Positions 34,520 through 42,216 of a DNA stretch of 42,216 bases are shown here, in pieces; position 1 is the stretch's first letter; every line of letters starts with the position of its first letter. The notes beneath the pieces were generated by a model. It saw nothing but the letters and a program-made list of their open reading frames with translations, was not told where the DNA came from and did no database searches. Both the position numbers and the translations under genes were made by a program. The stretch comes from a virus. Lineage: Duplodnaviria; Caudoviricetes. The stretch is taken from IMG/VR virus record IMGVR_UViG_3300012943_000043, positions 1 to 42,216 of that record; one strand, given 5' to 3'.

Positions 34520-34640
34520 GGGTCACCTCCGGCTCGGGGGCGGGCTCGTACCCGCGGTGGATCAGGGCGTCGCGCTCGCGGGCGTTGCGGCAAGGGACCT
34601 CGTGCCCGTCGAACGGATCGAGGACATGGAAGCGGGGCAT
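34380..34640 (-). CDS. Possible small overlapping protein (86 aa)
   Basis: AAGGAG RBS, ATG directly after adaptor TAG; 3' 140 nt overlap the stopper gene. Confidence 0.45.
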   Translation of the reverse strand: MPRFHVLDPFDGHEVPCRNARERDALIHRGYEPAPEPEVTREPHKPAGSDGRALPANDGDRRIRRPKPPRVPADPKPDGQEPPPAE

Positions 34641-35201
34641 CTACACTCCTTGACGGACCGAGCCAACCGACCGGCCGTACTTCCGGCGCAGCGCGGTCTT
34701 GAGGCCGGGGCTGGCTTCGAGCTTCGCGGTGGCGGCGTCGTAGGCGATCGCGTAGTCGCCGACGCGCTCGGACGTCGCGCCCGCGGTGTTCTGGTAGGCG
34801 GCCACCGCCAGCACGAGGCAGACCGACTTGGCCAGCTGCAACCGCTGGTCGTCGTCCTGGTAGCCGTGGCTGTAGGTCACGACCACAGTGGACGGTCGCG
34901 GGTAGCAGCGCTGCCAGCCGCACGCACGCCAGAGCTTCGCGCCCTGCCGGACGTAGTCGGTCACCGGCTCGCCGTCCAGCTCGACCGACGCCACCGCGGT
35001 CACCGGCCTCTGGGGCAGGTGCAGGTCCGAGGCGATGTCGCCCTCGAGCTCGGCGGTGTCGTCCGCCAGGAACAGCAGATCCTGGCCGGCGTGAAGCTGG
35101 ACGACCGCCGTCGCGGCCTCGATCACCGTGGTGGCCTTGGCCGCGTCGACCTCACCGACGAGGGAGGCGAGCTTCGTCGTGGTTACGAGCATGTCGGCCA
35201 T
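34641..35201 (-). CDS. Head-to-tail adaptor
   Basis: LHLPQRPVTAVASV, VTYSHGY, SERVGDYAIAY; ATG 35201. Confidence 0.85.
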   Translation of the reverse strand: MADMLVTTTKLASLVGEVDAAKATTVIEAATAVVQLHAGQDLLFLADDTAELEGDIASDLHLPQRPVTAVASVELDGEPVTDYVRQGAKLWRACGWQRCYPRPSTVVVTYSHGYQDDDQRLQLAKSVCLVLAVAAYQNTAGATSERVGDYAIAYDAATAKLEASPGLKTALRRKYGRSVGSVRQGV

Positions 35202-35223
35202 GACGACGCTCGCCTCCTCTCGG

Positions 35224-35433
35224 TCAGTCGGACGTCGCCCTCGGCTTGCGGGGCTTGGGCGCGGGCTTGTCCTCGGAGAGCTCGAAGTCCTCCGGGACCT
35301 TGCGGAGTGCGGCTGCAAGGCTGGTGTCGGCCACGACCGCCACTCCGTCCACGAAGTCGACGATGTCCCCGCCCGGCGTGCGAATGTGCGCCACGCCGGA
35401 GGGGAACCGTCCACACCGGAACGTCACGGCCAT
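35224..35433 (-). CDS. Small head-associated protein (69 aa)
   Basis: MAVTFRC...VDFVDGVA...; TGATG overlap with capsid gene. Confidence 0.7.
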   Translation of the reverse strand: MAVTFRCGRFPSGVAHIRTPGGDIVDFVDGVAVVADTSLAAALRKVPEDFELSEDKPAPKPRKPRATSD

Positions 35434-36638
35434 CAGCGGCTGACACCCAGGATCTTGCCGTGGACCAGCTCGTTGCCGTACTCGAGACCGATCTCGCCGT
35501 AGATCTGGGTCTTGTCCGCGGCGCCGGTCTTCGCGAGCGGCTCCTCGAACAGGAAGCCCTTGCCGGGGATGGCCAGGAAGCGCGGCGCGCACTGCTCGAG
35601 GGACACGACCTGGAGCGCACCGGACGGCATGTACCGGTTGAGCATGATGTTCAGGACACCGAAGTCCGTCTCGAACGTCTGGAGGCTGACACCGCCGACG
35701 TTGCGGGACACCTCCTGGTAGTTCTTGCCGGTGACGAAGATGTCCGTCAGGCGCCGCTTGAGCGTGCTGTTGGTCATCAGCGTAGCGGTCTCCTGGGTGC
35801 GGATGCCGCCGTTGTCCCAGACCAGCTGAAGCAGGTCGAGCACGTGCGCCTCGGTCAGCTGCGTCGCGGTGTAGACGTCAGCGCCGCCGGTCGAGCCGAA
35901 CGTGATGGCCGCGCCGCCGGGGCGCCGGGCCAGCTTGAACGTGTTGGTGGCCGGGGTGATCACGTAGTACAGCGTGTCCACGAACAGGTTCACGCCGCCG
36001 GCCATGGCCTTGAGCACGACCTCGTCGCCCGCCACCAGGCCGTGCGCCGACAGCGTGAAGGTGCCGTCGGTCGCAGTGGTGGCTGTGCCCTTCAGCACCG
36101 CGGCGTCCGCCACGTTGGTGACCGTGGCCTGCATGATGCCGCGGGTCTTGCGCGGGGTCGAGTTCGAGCTCGGGTTCTGGAACTGCCCGACGATGAACGT
36201 ACGCTCGACGTCGCGCCCGATCTGCTCGAGCGCGCGGGCCACCTGCCAGTTCATCTCGTCGCCGACCGGGTTGGCGGCGTTGGTGGCCACCGAGTTCGGG
36301 TTGTTGGACCCGTTGCTCAGGTGCTGGTTGGTGGCCGCCGCCTTGGTGTACGTGACCTCCACCGACTCCTGGTGAATCTCCACGACGTTGTGCGCGGTGC
36401 CGCGGACGCGCTCTTCGGCGGTCGGTGCGTTCGCGCCCTCGACCCGCTGCCGGCTCTCGTCGGCGTCGCGCAGGTCGTAGGTCTGCCACTCGAACAGCGT
36501 CGAGCCGTCCACCGGACGCCCGCCGGTCAGGCCGCCGATGGCGCTCAGGAACGGCGTGTCGGTCGGCGTGAGCGCGAACAATTCGCCCACGTAGTTCGGC
36601 AGGTTGAACGTGGTGCCCTGCCCGGTGATTCCCGCCAT
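35433..36638 (-). CDS. Major capsid protein (DUF5309/SU10-like) with inserted domain
   Basis: TPFLSAIG, FEWQT, NVVEIHQESVEV, RDVE, ETDFG, LAKTG, GEIGLEYGNE. Confidence 0.9.
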   Translation of the reverse strand: MAGITGQGTTFNLPNYVGELFALTPTDTPFLSAIGGLTGGRPVDGSTLFEWQTYDLRDADESRQRVEGANAPTAEERVRGTAHNVVEIHQESVEVTYTKAAATNQHLSNGSNNPNSVATNAANPVGDEMNWQVARALEQIGRDVERTFIVGQFQNPSSNSTPRKTRGIMQATVTNVADAAVLKGTATTATDGTFTLSAHGLVAGDEVVLKAMAGGVNLFVDTLYYVITPATNTFKLARRPGGAAITFGSTGGADVYTATQLTEAHVLDLLQLVWDNGGIRTQETATLMTNSTLKRRLTDIFVTGKNYQEVSRNVGGVSLQTFETDFGVLNIMLNRYMPSGALQVVSLEQCAPRFLAIPGKGFLFEEPLAKTGAADKTQIYGEIGLEYGNELVHGKILGVSR

Positions 36639-36698
36639 TTGGCGTATCTCCTCTGTGGATGGTCGGGGCTCAGCCGGGCTGTGCCCTCGGGGTGGGTC

Positions 36699-37349
36699 TT
36701 ACTGGCCGCCGGCCAGCATCTTCTGGCGCTTCAGGCCGATGGCCGTCATGTGGTCGCCCGCCTTCTCAGCCGCGGCGATCTGCGCGTCGAGGTCGACCGG
36801 CCCGCGGGCACCCTGGCTCGGGTCCGGCTTCGGGCCGACGGGCTGCCTCGTCGACTGCTGTCCGTCCGAAGTGGACGCGGCGGGGAACAGCGCGAGCAGC
36901 TCGTCGGCGCTCTTGGCCAGCTCGTCGGCGGTGCTGCCGCGCAGCCAGGCCGCCTGCTCAGGCGTGAGTTTCTTGGCGGCGGCCACCTCGAGCCGGAGCC
37001 GCGTCTCGCGCTCCTCGGCGAGCTGCTTCTCCAGCGCGGCCACCCGGTCGGCGGTGTCGTCGGCGGGCTTGTCGGCCGGGACGGCGCCGAGCTTCGCGGC
37101 CAAGTCCTTGAGCGGAGCGAACGCGGCGAGCTGCTTCTCGAGCTCCTGCCGCGCGGCGCGCTCAGCCTGGAGGGCCTTGAGTCCAGTCTCACCGAGGGGC
37201 TCGTCGGGCTTCGGCTCGGTGGCCGGGACGACCGGTGCGGGCGGCTGGGGCTGTGAGCCCAGTGCGGGCACGGTGGCCGGGGCCTGGGGCTGCTGCGCGG
37301 CGGGGTCGCCCTGCGGCGCGGCGGGGTTCTGCGGGATGGGAACGGTCAT
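36699..37349 (-). CDS. Capsid scaffolding protein
   Basis: LGETGLKALQAER, LRGSTADEL, PDPSQG; directly upstream of capsid. Confidence 0.88.
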   Translation of the reverse strand: MTVPIPQNPAAPQGDPAAQQPQAPATVPALGSQPQPPAPVVPATEPKPDEPLGETGLKALQAERAARQELEKQLAAFAPLKDLAAKLGAVPADKPADDTADRVAALEKQLAEERETRLRLEVAAAKKLTPEQAAWLRGSTADELAKSADELLALFPAASTSDGQQSTRQPVGPKPDPSQGARGPVDLDAQIAAAEKAGDHMTAIGLKRQKMLAGGQ

Positions 37350-37394
37350 CGCGACCGGGCCTCCGTGGGGTCGACCGGGCGTCGCGCCTCGGTC
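37343..37394 (-). promoter_or_regulatory. Twin GCGAY-loop hairpins at scaffold start
   Basis: GACCG(A)GGC-GCGAC-GCCCGGTC and CGGTC-GCGAT-GACCG, the second containing the ATG. Confidence 0.6.
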
Positions 37395-38295
37395 AGCGGA
37401 TGTAGCCGTGCAGGCGCAGCAGGCGCAGGGCCTCCGCGCGGTTGCCCTTGGCCTCGATGAAGATCTGATCGGGCGTCAGGCGGATCTTGGTCGGGAAGGA
37501 GCCACGTCGCGTGGTGCTCTCCCGGGTGAACTTCCGGCCGCCCGCCAGGTAGACACCGCGTCGCGCGTTGACCACTTGGGACGGATCGGAGCCGGAGTCG
37601 ATGGCGTCCCGCTCGGCCTTCGAGAGGCCGGTCACGCGGTCCGCGGAGATCAGTCGCTTCGGGTCCAGCCGAATATCACTGGCCAGAGCCTCGCGCGAGG
37701 GGACGTGAATGCAGTCGCAGCGCGGGTGCCGGAGGAAGCCGTCGTTCCACTTGAACCACTCGCCGGCGAGAATCGCGCAGCGCGGGCACGTCGTGGGACC
37801 CTCGGTCATCCGGACGTAGCCGGTGGCGGCGGGCCGTGTGGTCATCGCGACCTGGTCGGCCAGTCGGCCCATGTCGGCGACCTGGGTCCGGACCATCATC
37901 TCCAGCGCGGCCAGGCCCGCGGCGAACGCGGCCTCCGGCGACTGCCCCGCGGCCACCAGAGTGGTGACCGCCAGAGCAGGCTGAAGCAGCAGGCCAACCA
38001 GGTCCCGGCCGTCGGATGCTAGGCCCGCGAACGCCTCGGGGCGTGTCGCTGCCCGCGCGGAGGTACCGACGTCCTGTTCGGACAGCACCGCCGTGAGGTA
38101 CGGATCGGCCCGCTTGGCAGCTGCCAGCTGCGCGCCGGCGACCACCACGGCCAGCCGGGCGGCCTGCTTGGGCCACGTCGAGCTGAGCCGCGCAGGGTCG
38201 TTGCCCTGCCACGCCTTCCGCGCGGAGGCCCCCATGGCGGCCGTCAGCTTGACGCGGTCGGAGTAGTGGTCGGCGGCGACGTCCCGCGCGCTCAC
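37393..38295 (-). CDS. MuF-like minor capsid / head morphogenesis protein
   Basis: GYVR...TCPRCAILAG...FLRHPRCDC...VVNARRG...RLTPDQI. Confidence 0.85.
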   Translation of the reverse strand: MSARDVAADHYSDRVKLTAAMGASARKAWQGNDPARLSSTWPKQAARLAVVVAGAQLAAAKRADPYLTAVLSEQDVGTSARAATRPEAFAGLASDGRDLVGLLLQPALAVTTLVAAGQSPEAAFAAGLAALEMMVRTQVADMGRLADQVAMTTRPAATGYVRMTEGPTTCPRCAILAGEWFKWNDGFLRHPRCDCIHVPSREALASDIRLDPKRLISADRVTGLSKAERDAIDSGSDPSQVVNARRGVYLAGGRKFTRESTTRRGSFPTKIRLTPDQIFIEAKGNRAEALRLLRLHGYIR

Positions 38296-39902
38296 GCCGC
38301 CGAGAAGGTCGGCGGGGCGGGCGGCTCGGGCAGATCCTCAGCCTTGCGCAGCGACACCGGGACCAGGTCGGTGAACTCGATGTCCTCGAGCCCGACGCGG
38401 TCCGCAGCAGCGCCCGGGTCAACCCCGGCTCGGACACCCACGCCCAGCGCGTCGAACTGCGCCTTGACGGTGCGTGCCTGGGTCTCGGCGTCATCGGACG
38501 CGGACTCGGCCGGAGCACCGCCACCGGCCAGGCCGCGGGCAATCTCGGCCACCGGGTCCATCTGAGCCGCCTTGGCGTCCTCGGTCTCCATCCGCGTGAT
38601 CTGCGTCTGGCTGTAGCCAAGAGACTCGCGCGTCTGCCGCAAGGGGACGATCCCGGCCTGGTGCTTCTTGACCGCGGCGTCCGCGGACTGAGCGACAGTC
38701 GGCGTAGCGGCATCGCGCCAGATCGTCTCCAGCGACAGGAGCTTCGGGTCGAGCTTCGCGCCGCTGGCCTGGAACCGCTTGACCAGCCGGCAGACCTGCT
38801 CCCAGCCGCCACCGAAGGCGCGCTGCTTGCGCTCGGCGCGCTTGACCAACCGGGACTCCGCGGAGCGGATGGCGTCCGCGCTGGCGGGGTTGTCGGTCGA
38901 CATGCCGAGGTAGTGCGGCGGCAGACCGGACAGAGCCGCGACCATCTGCGCCAGCTCGGCGATGCTCTTGTGGAAGTTGCCGAGGTCGGCCGCCTGGAAC
39001 TGGAACTCTCGGCCCTCGTTCTCGGCGATCGTCACCAGGCGGCCCATGATGACCTGGAGCTTGGTCAGCTTGTTGCCTTCTGGGTCGACCAGGTCGTCCG
39101 GGCCGATACCGAAGAACCCGCGCAGCGGCAGGGCAACGAACTCGCTGGCGACCATCATGTCCGTGGCCAGCTTGTTGGCCGCGTCGCTCAGCGGGACGAT
39201 CTGCGAGAGGTCGCTCCGGCCGTAGCGCTGCACCGAGCGCCCACCGGCGAGCCGAGTCGAGCGGGTGAGCCGGCCACGGTTGACCAGCGGCACGACCGGC
39301 ACCTCGCCGAGGTTGTGCTCGTCCTGGTCCACGACGATCCACCCGCCGTTCCAGCGGTACCAGACCGTCTTGTTGGGCAGGTAGAGCGTCGCCGTGCGCT
39401 CGTTGGTCCGGGCGAAGTCCTCGGTCTCCATGACCCGGCGCAGCGCCGCGCGGACCTTGCGGGTCCGGGGGTCGATATCGGCGAACAGCTCGAGCGGGGA
39501 CTCGACCGTCACCAACGGCGTTCCGGCGTCGTCCTCATTGGTCCCGACGCAGGCATACGCCCGACGCATGACGAGCGCGTCGATGTGGCCCTGCTGGCTC
39601 ATCTCGTCGAGGCTGTTGGCCTGCCAGACGCGCCAGAGGTCCTTGTCGGCCTCTTCGTCGTCCGGCAGCCGGAAGCCCTCGACGTCGAGGCGCTCCTCGA
39701 CGCTGTCCACGACCAGGCTGGGCCAGCCGATGATGACCGGCTTGATGCGGTCCTGCACCTCGCGGAAGATCTCGGGGTGCATGTAGCTCAAGGCCTGAGT
39801 GCCCTCGTAGTACCGGTCGAGCTCCTCGAGTTCGGGCTTCTCGGCGTCATGCCGGATCGACAGGTTGTTCAGCCAGTCACTGTCCGTCTGAGGGAGTGCC
39901 AC
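38292..39902 (-). CDS. Portal protein (SPP1 gp6-like)
   Basis: YYEG, WPSLVVDSVEERL, VPVVPLVN, PPHYLG, NPASADAI. Confidence 0.93.
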   Translation of the reverse strand: MALPQTDSDWLNNLSIRHDAEKPELEELDRYYEGTQALSYMHPEIFREVQDRIKPVIIGWPSLVVDSVEERLDVEGFRLPDDEEADKDLWRVWQANSLDEMSQQGHIDALVMRRAYACVGTNEDDAGTPLVTVESPLELFADIDPRTRKVRAALRRVMETEDFARTNERTATLYLPNKTVWYRWNGGWIVVDQDEHNLGEVPVVPLVNRGRLTRSTRLAGGRSVQRYGRSDLSQIVPLSDAANKLATDMMVASEFVALPLRGFFGIGPDDLVDPEGNKLTKLQVIMGRLVTIAENEGREFQFQAADLGNFHKSIAELAQMVAALSGLPPHYLGMSTDNPASADAIRSAESRLVKRAERKQRAFGGGWEQVCRLVKRFQASGAKLDPKLLSLETIWRDAATPTVAQSADAAVKKHQAGIVPLRQTRESLGYSQTQITRMETEDAKAAQMDPVAEIARGLAGGGAPAESASDDAETQARTVKAQFDALGVGVRAGVDPGAAADRVGLEDIEFTDLVPVSLRKAEDLPEPPAPPTFSAA

Positions 39903-39915
39903 TCCGGAACTCCCT

Positions 39916-41598
39916 TCAGCTGAGGACGACGAGCTTGTTGCGGCGTTTGGTTTTCCATCCGTCGGCGCGTGCTACCGAGGCGGCCTCGTGCGCGAGGGTG
40001 TCGGCCATGATCGGATCGATCTTCTGGTGCTGGCTGGGCTTGGCCAGGATGTAGCGGTCGCCCGGCTTCGCGATCTTCACCGCGTTGGCGGCGGCGAGCG
40101 CGGTCAGCTGGCAATCGTCGTGAGTGGACCGTCCGCTTGTGAAATCCGTCAGCGACCGGTTGAGCGCCTCATGCATGTGAGTGACGCGGTAGGTCGCCCA
40201 CTCGAGGAAGATCTCCTCGCCGTACTCAAGCGCCCAGTCCCCGATCTCGCTCTGCCAGTCGCGCGGGTCGCAGTAGACGAGCCGCAGCTTGTATCGCGCC
40301 GCGATCGACGACCACGCCGCGTGCACCTCGCCGCGCGGCATCGACCCGCCGAACTCGGCTGGCTTCCAGATGGTCGGCCGGGCGTCCGGCCCGTAGGTTG
40401 GCGTGAACCGGTGACCCTCGAAGGTCTCCAGCCGGATGGCCGTCCAGTCGTCCACTTCGGAACCGTCGAACCCGCCGCAGACCTCGATCTTCTCGGGGAT
40501 CAGCACGAAGTGCTTCGTCTTGTCCCAGAGGCCGTCGGGCAGCCAGACGCCCGATCCCTGCACCAGCCGGTTACCGAAGAACCGCTCGGCCTGGTTCGGG
40601 TCCTTTTTGAGCAGGGACACCGCGAGGGCCTCGATCGAGTCGAGGTTGACCCACCACGACCCGGCGTAGACGTACTCGTGGATCAGGCGGCGGTGGTCCT
40701 TCCGGCGGTAGTTCAGCCGGTTGCCGTCCGAGTCCACGAGGACGTTCGGGTCGCGGTAGAAAATGAAGACGTCCTCGTCGCCGGACTCGAAGACCTGCTG
40801 TGCGTAGCTGTTGACCGCGGGGTCCCACGCGTTCGTGGTGAGGTGGGTGCGCCCGCCCATGCCGGCCGCGCCGCGGGCTTGAGTGTCCGCGACGTCGACC
40901 ATCTTGTTGGCCTTGGTGTAGAGCCCGGCCTCGTCCTGCTCGGCGTCCGAGATCGGGTTGCCGAGCCGGGAGTTCGCCGACGCCGTCACAACGTCGATGC
41001 GGTCGAGATCGTCGTCGCCCGACAGACCGATGATCCGGATGAAGCCCTCGCGGACCTTCAGCAGGTCGTTAAGCGGACCCAGCTTGATCATGGCCTTCAG
41101 CGGGCCGTAGATGTTGTCGGCCTGGTCCTCGGAGTTGGCCGTGATCTGGATGAGCGGCGAGGGGTGCCGCATCCCCATCGGCTCGCCAGCGAGATAGGCG
41201 TAGGTCCAGCCACAGCCGCACCCGTTGTCCTCGCAGCGGTACTCGTCGCCTTCCTTGGCCCAGCCGGCGAAGACGCTCGGGCCGCACGCCTCGTAGGAGA
41301 CCTGCGCGGCGGACCACGGGCCCTTGCCGGTCTTCTGCGGCGCCACGATGAGTGTCTGCCGGTAGAAGAACGCCTGGTTCAGGATCGGCGGCGAGCCTGG
41401 CCCGACCTCCTCCGGCGGCACGAAGACCGCGTCCTCGCGGACCCGGTACCGGTTGGCCGTGCACCAGAACTGCCAATCGGCCTGCTCGAACGGCTTGCCG
41501 CGGGTGAAGCCCTGCGGCACGCGGCAGTGCTGGGTGATCCAAGCATCGGCGAGGTCGCCGAGGGTCGGGAAGTCGACGAGGAACTCAGGCGCTGCCAT
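39916..41598 (-). CDS. terL: Terminase large subunit
   Basis: Walker A PQKTGKG, Walker B QDEAG, TTNA, nuclease GFDGSEVDD, KID. Confidence 0.92.
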   Translation of the reverse strand: MAAPEFLVDFPTLGDLADAWITQHCRVPQGFTRGKPFEQADWQFWCTANRYRVREDAVFVPPEEVGPGSPPILNQAFFYRQTLIVAPQKTGKGPWSAAQVSYEACGPSVFAGWAKEGDEYRCEDNGCGCGWTYAYLAGEPMGMRHPSPLIQITANSEDQADNIYGPLKAMIKLGPLNDLLKVREGFIRIIGLSGDDDLDRIDVVTASANSRLGNPISDAEQDEAGLYTKANKMVDVADTQARGAAGMGGRTHLTTNAWDPAVNSYAQQVFESGDEDVFIFYRDPNVLVDSDGNRLNYRRKDHRRLIHEYVYAGSWWVNLDSIEALAVSLLKKDPNQAERFFGNRLVQGSGVWLPDGLWDKTKHFVLIPEKIEVCGGFDGSEVDDWTAIRLETFEGHRFTPTYGPDARPTIWKPAEFGGSMPRGEVHAAWSSIAARYKLRLVYCDPRDWQSEIGDWALEYGEEIFLEWATYRVTHMHEALNRSLTDFTSGRSTHDDCQLTALAAANAVKIAKPGDRYILAKPSQHQKIDPIMADTLAHEAASVARADGWKTKRRNKLVVLS

Positions 41599-42121
41599 CG
41601 ACGGCCCTCAGCCGCCGGGTCGGTGCGGCCTTGGCCGCGGACTGCTGACGCTCCTCGCGGCGCTCTCCGACGACATCGGCGGTGATCGTCCAGCCGTTCT
41701 CTCGGAGCCCGGCCGGCGTCAAGCCGATCTGGTCGGCGAAGCGGTGCAGCGAATTCTTGTCGGCGGCCGTCGCGTCGGACGACTCGCAGAGCGCGGAGGT
41801 ACGGACCCACATCGCCACGGCGTGCCAGCGCCAGCGCTCGCACGCCCACGCCTGGGACTGTGGCGTCGTCCAAACCCACGCCCAGAGGTCGAGCTCGCGC
41901 GCGCGGCGGGCCTCGGTCGCGCCCTCGTCGAAGACGCGCTCCTTGCCATTCTCGCCGGGCATCTCCGCGAAGACCTGCAATGTCGGCAGCGGGAAGTCGG
42001 GCACCGCGCCGGCGTAGCCCTCGGCCGGCAACTGGGTCAGCTTGATGCCGCGCTGGTCGGACCGGCCGGACAGCGGGTCGAAGCTGGGGCCGGATCGGTT
42101 GCGGGCGCCGCCGCTGGCCAT
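41585..42121 (-). CDS. terS: Terminase small subunit
   Basis: MASGGARNRSGP...WTTPQSQAW...IGLTPAGLRENGW; GAGGAG RBS 8 nt before ATG 42121. Confidence 0.85.
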   Translation of the reverse strand: MASGGARNRSGPSFDPLSGRSDQRGIKLTQLPAEGYAGAVPDFPLPTLQVFAEMPGENGKERVFDEGATEARRARELDLWAWVWTTPQSQAWACERWRWHAVAMWVRTSALCESSDATAADKNSLHRFADQIGLTPAGLRENGWTITADVVGERREERQQSAAKAAPTRRLRAVDGSA

Positions 42122-42136
42122 GGTCATCACTCCTCG

Positions 42137-42180
42137 GCGGCGTCGCGCCGCGGCAGTGGTCGACCGGCATCGCGCCGGTC
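42137..42180 (-). promoter_or_regulatory. Twin GCGAY-loop hairpins upstream of terS
   Basis: GACCGGC-GCGAT-GCCGGTC (7 bp) and GCGGC-GCGAC-GCCGC (5 bp) abutting the RBS. Confidence 0.6.
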
Positions 42181-42216
42181 CCGAAAGTTTTGAACCCTCC
42201 GCGAGGTACAGAGCCC

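Larger units (their letters stand above)
1..42216. mobile_element. Near-complete temperate actinobacterial siphovirus genome, non-integrated configuration
   Basis: Full head, tail and lysis modules, serine integrase with adjacent attP-like inverted repeat, repressor and replication genes; no host housekeeping genes; left edge truncates a phage ORF. Confidence 0.95.

Noticed and set aside
877-38295. Many proteins ending in -AA, resembling an ssrA/ClpX degron
   Set aside because: Largely explained by GC-rich RBS spacers and GTGA/ATGA/TGATG stop-start overlaps; enrichment could not be tested
169-42193. Many long alternative-frame and antisense ORFs (e.g. 3849-6707, 34509-37256, 30479-32524, 16877-18961)
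   Set aside because: Arg/Gly/Pro-rich shadow frames expected from high GC3 coding on another frame or strand; no motifs
42181-42216. cos/packaging site at the right edge
   Set aside because: Position upstream of terS fits, but termini cannot be defined without read-end data

Overview
The whole window is one near-complete temperate siphovirus genome of a high-GC actinobacterium (about 70% GC or more by eye; host genus cannot be determined). It appears to be the non-integrated form, because a candidate intact attP lies mid-window beside a large serine integrase with phage genes on both sides. Read on the minus strand from the right end, the order is: terminase, portal, MuF-like protein, scaffold, capsid, neck, tail and tape measure, then lysis genes and a second fibre-like module. 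A small rightward accessory cluster, attP/integrase and an immunity repressor follow. The long leftward early operon encodes a Cas4-like exonuclease, SSB-like protein, HNH-AP2 endonuclease, SNF2 helicase, DNA methyltransferase, RuvC, dNMP kinase and a 1585-aa PrimPol-SF3 helicase-PolA fusion. A metallophosphoesterase is cut by the left edge. The most notable observations are: (1) an Acb2-like anti-CBASS sponge gene inserted in the tail operon between 21-bp direct repeats; (2) the replicase fusion with an iteron-rich origin-like array inside its own linker; (3) a ~220-nt structured candidate ncRNA with a tRNA-like 3' end; (4) twin GCGAY-loop hairpins at the translation starts of both TerS and scaffold; (5) a homing endonuclease that carries the same N-terminus as the helicase but with recoded codons. 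All family assignments come from motif recognition by eye, not from database searches.
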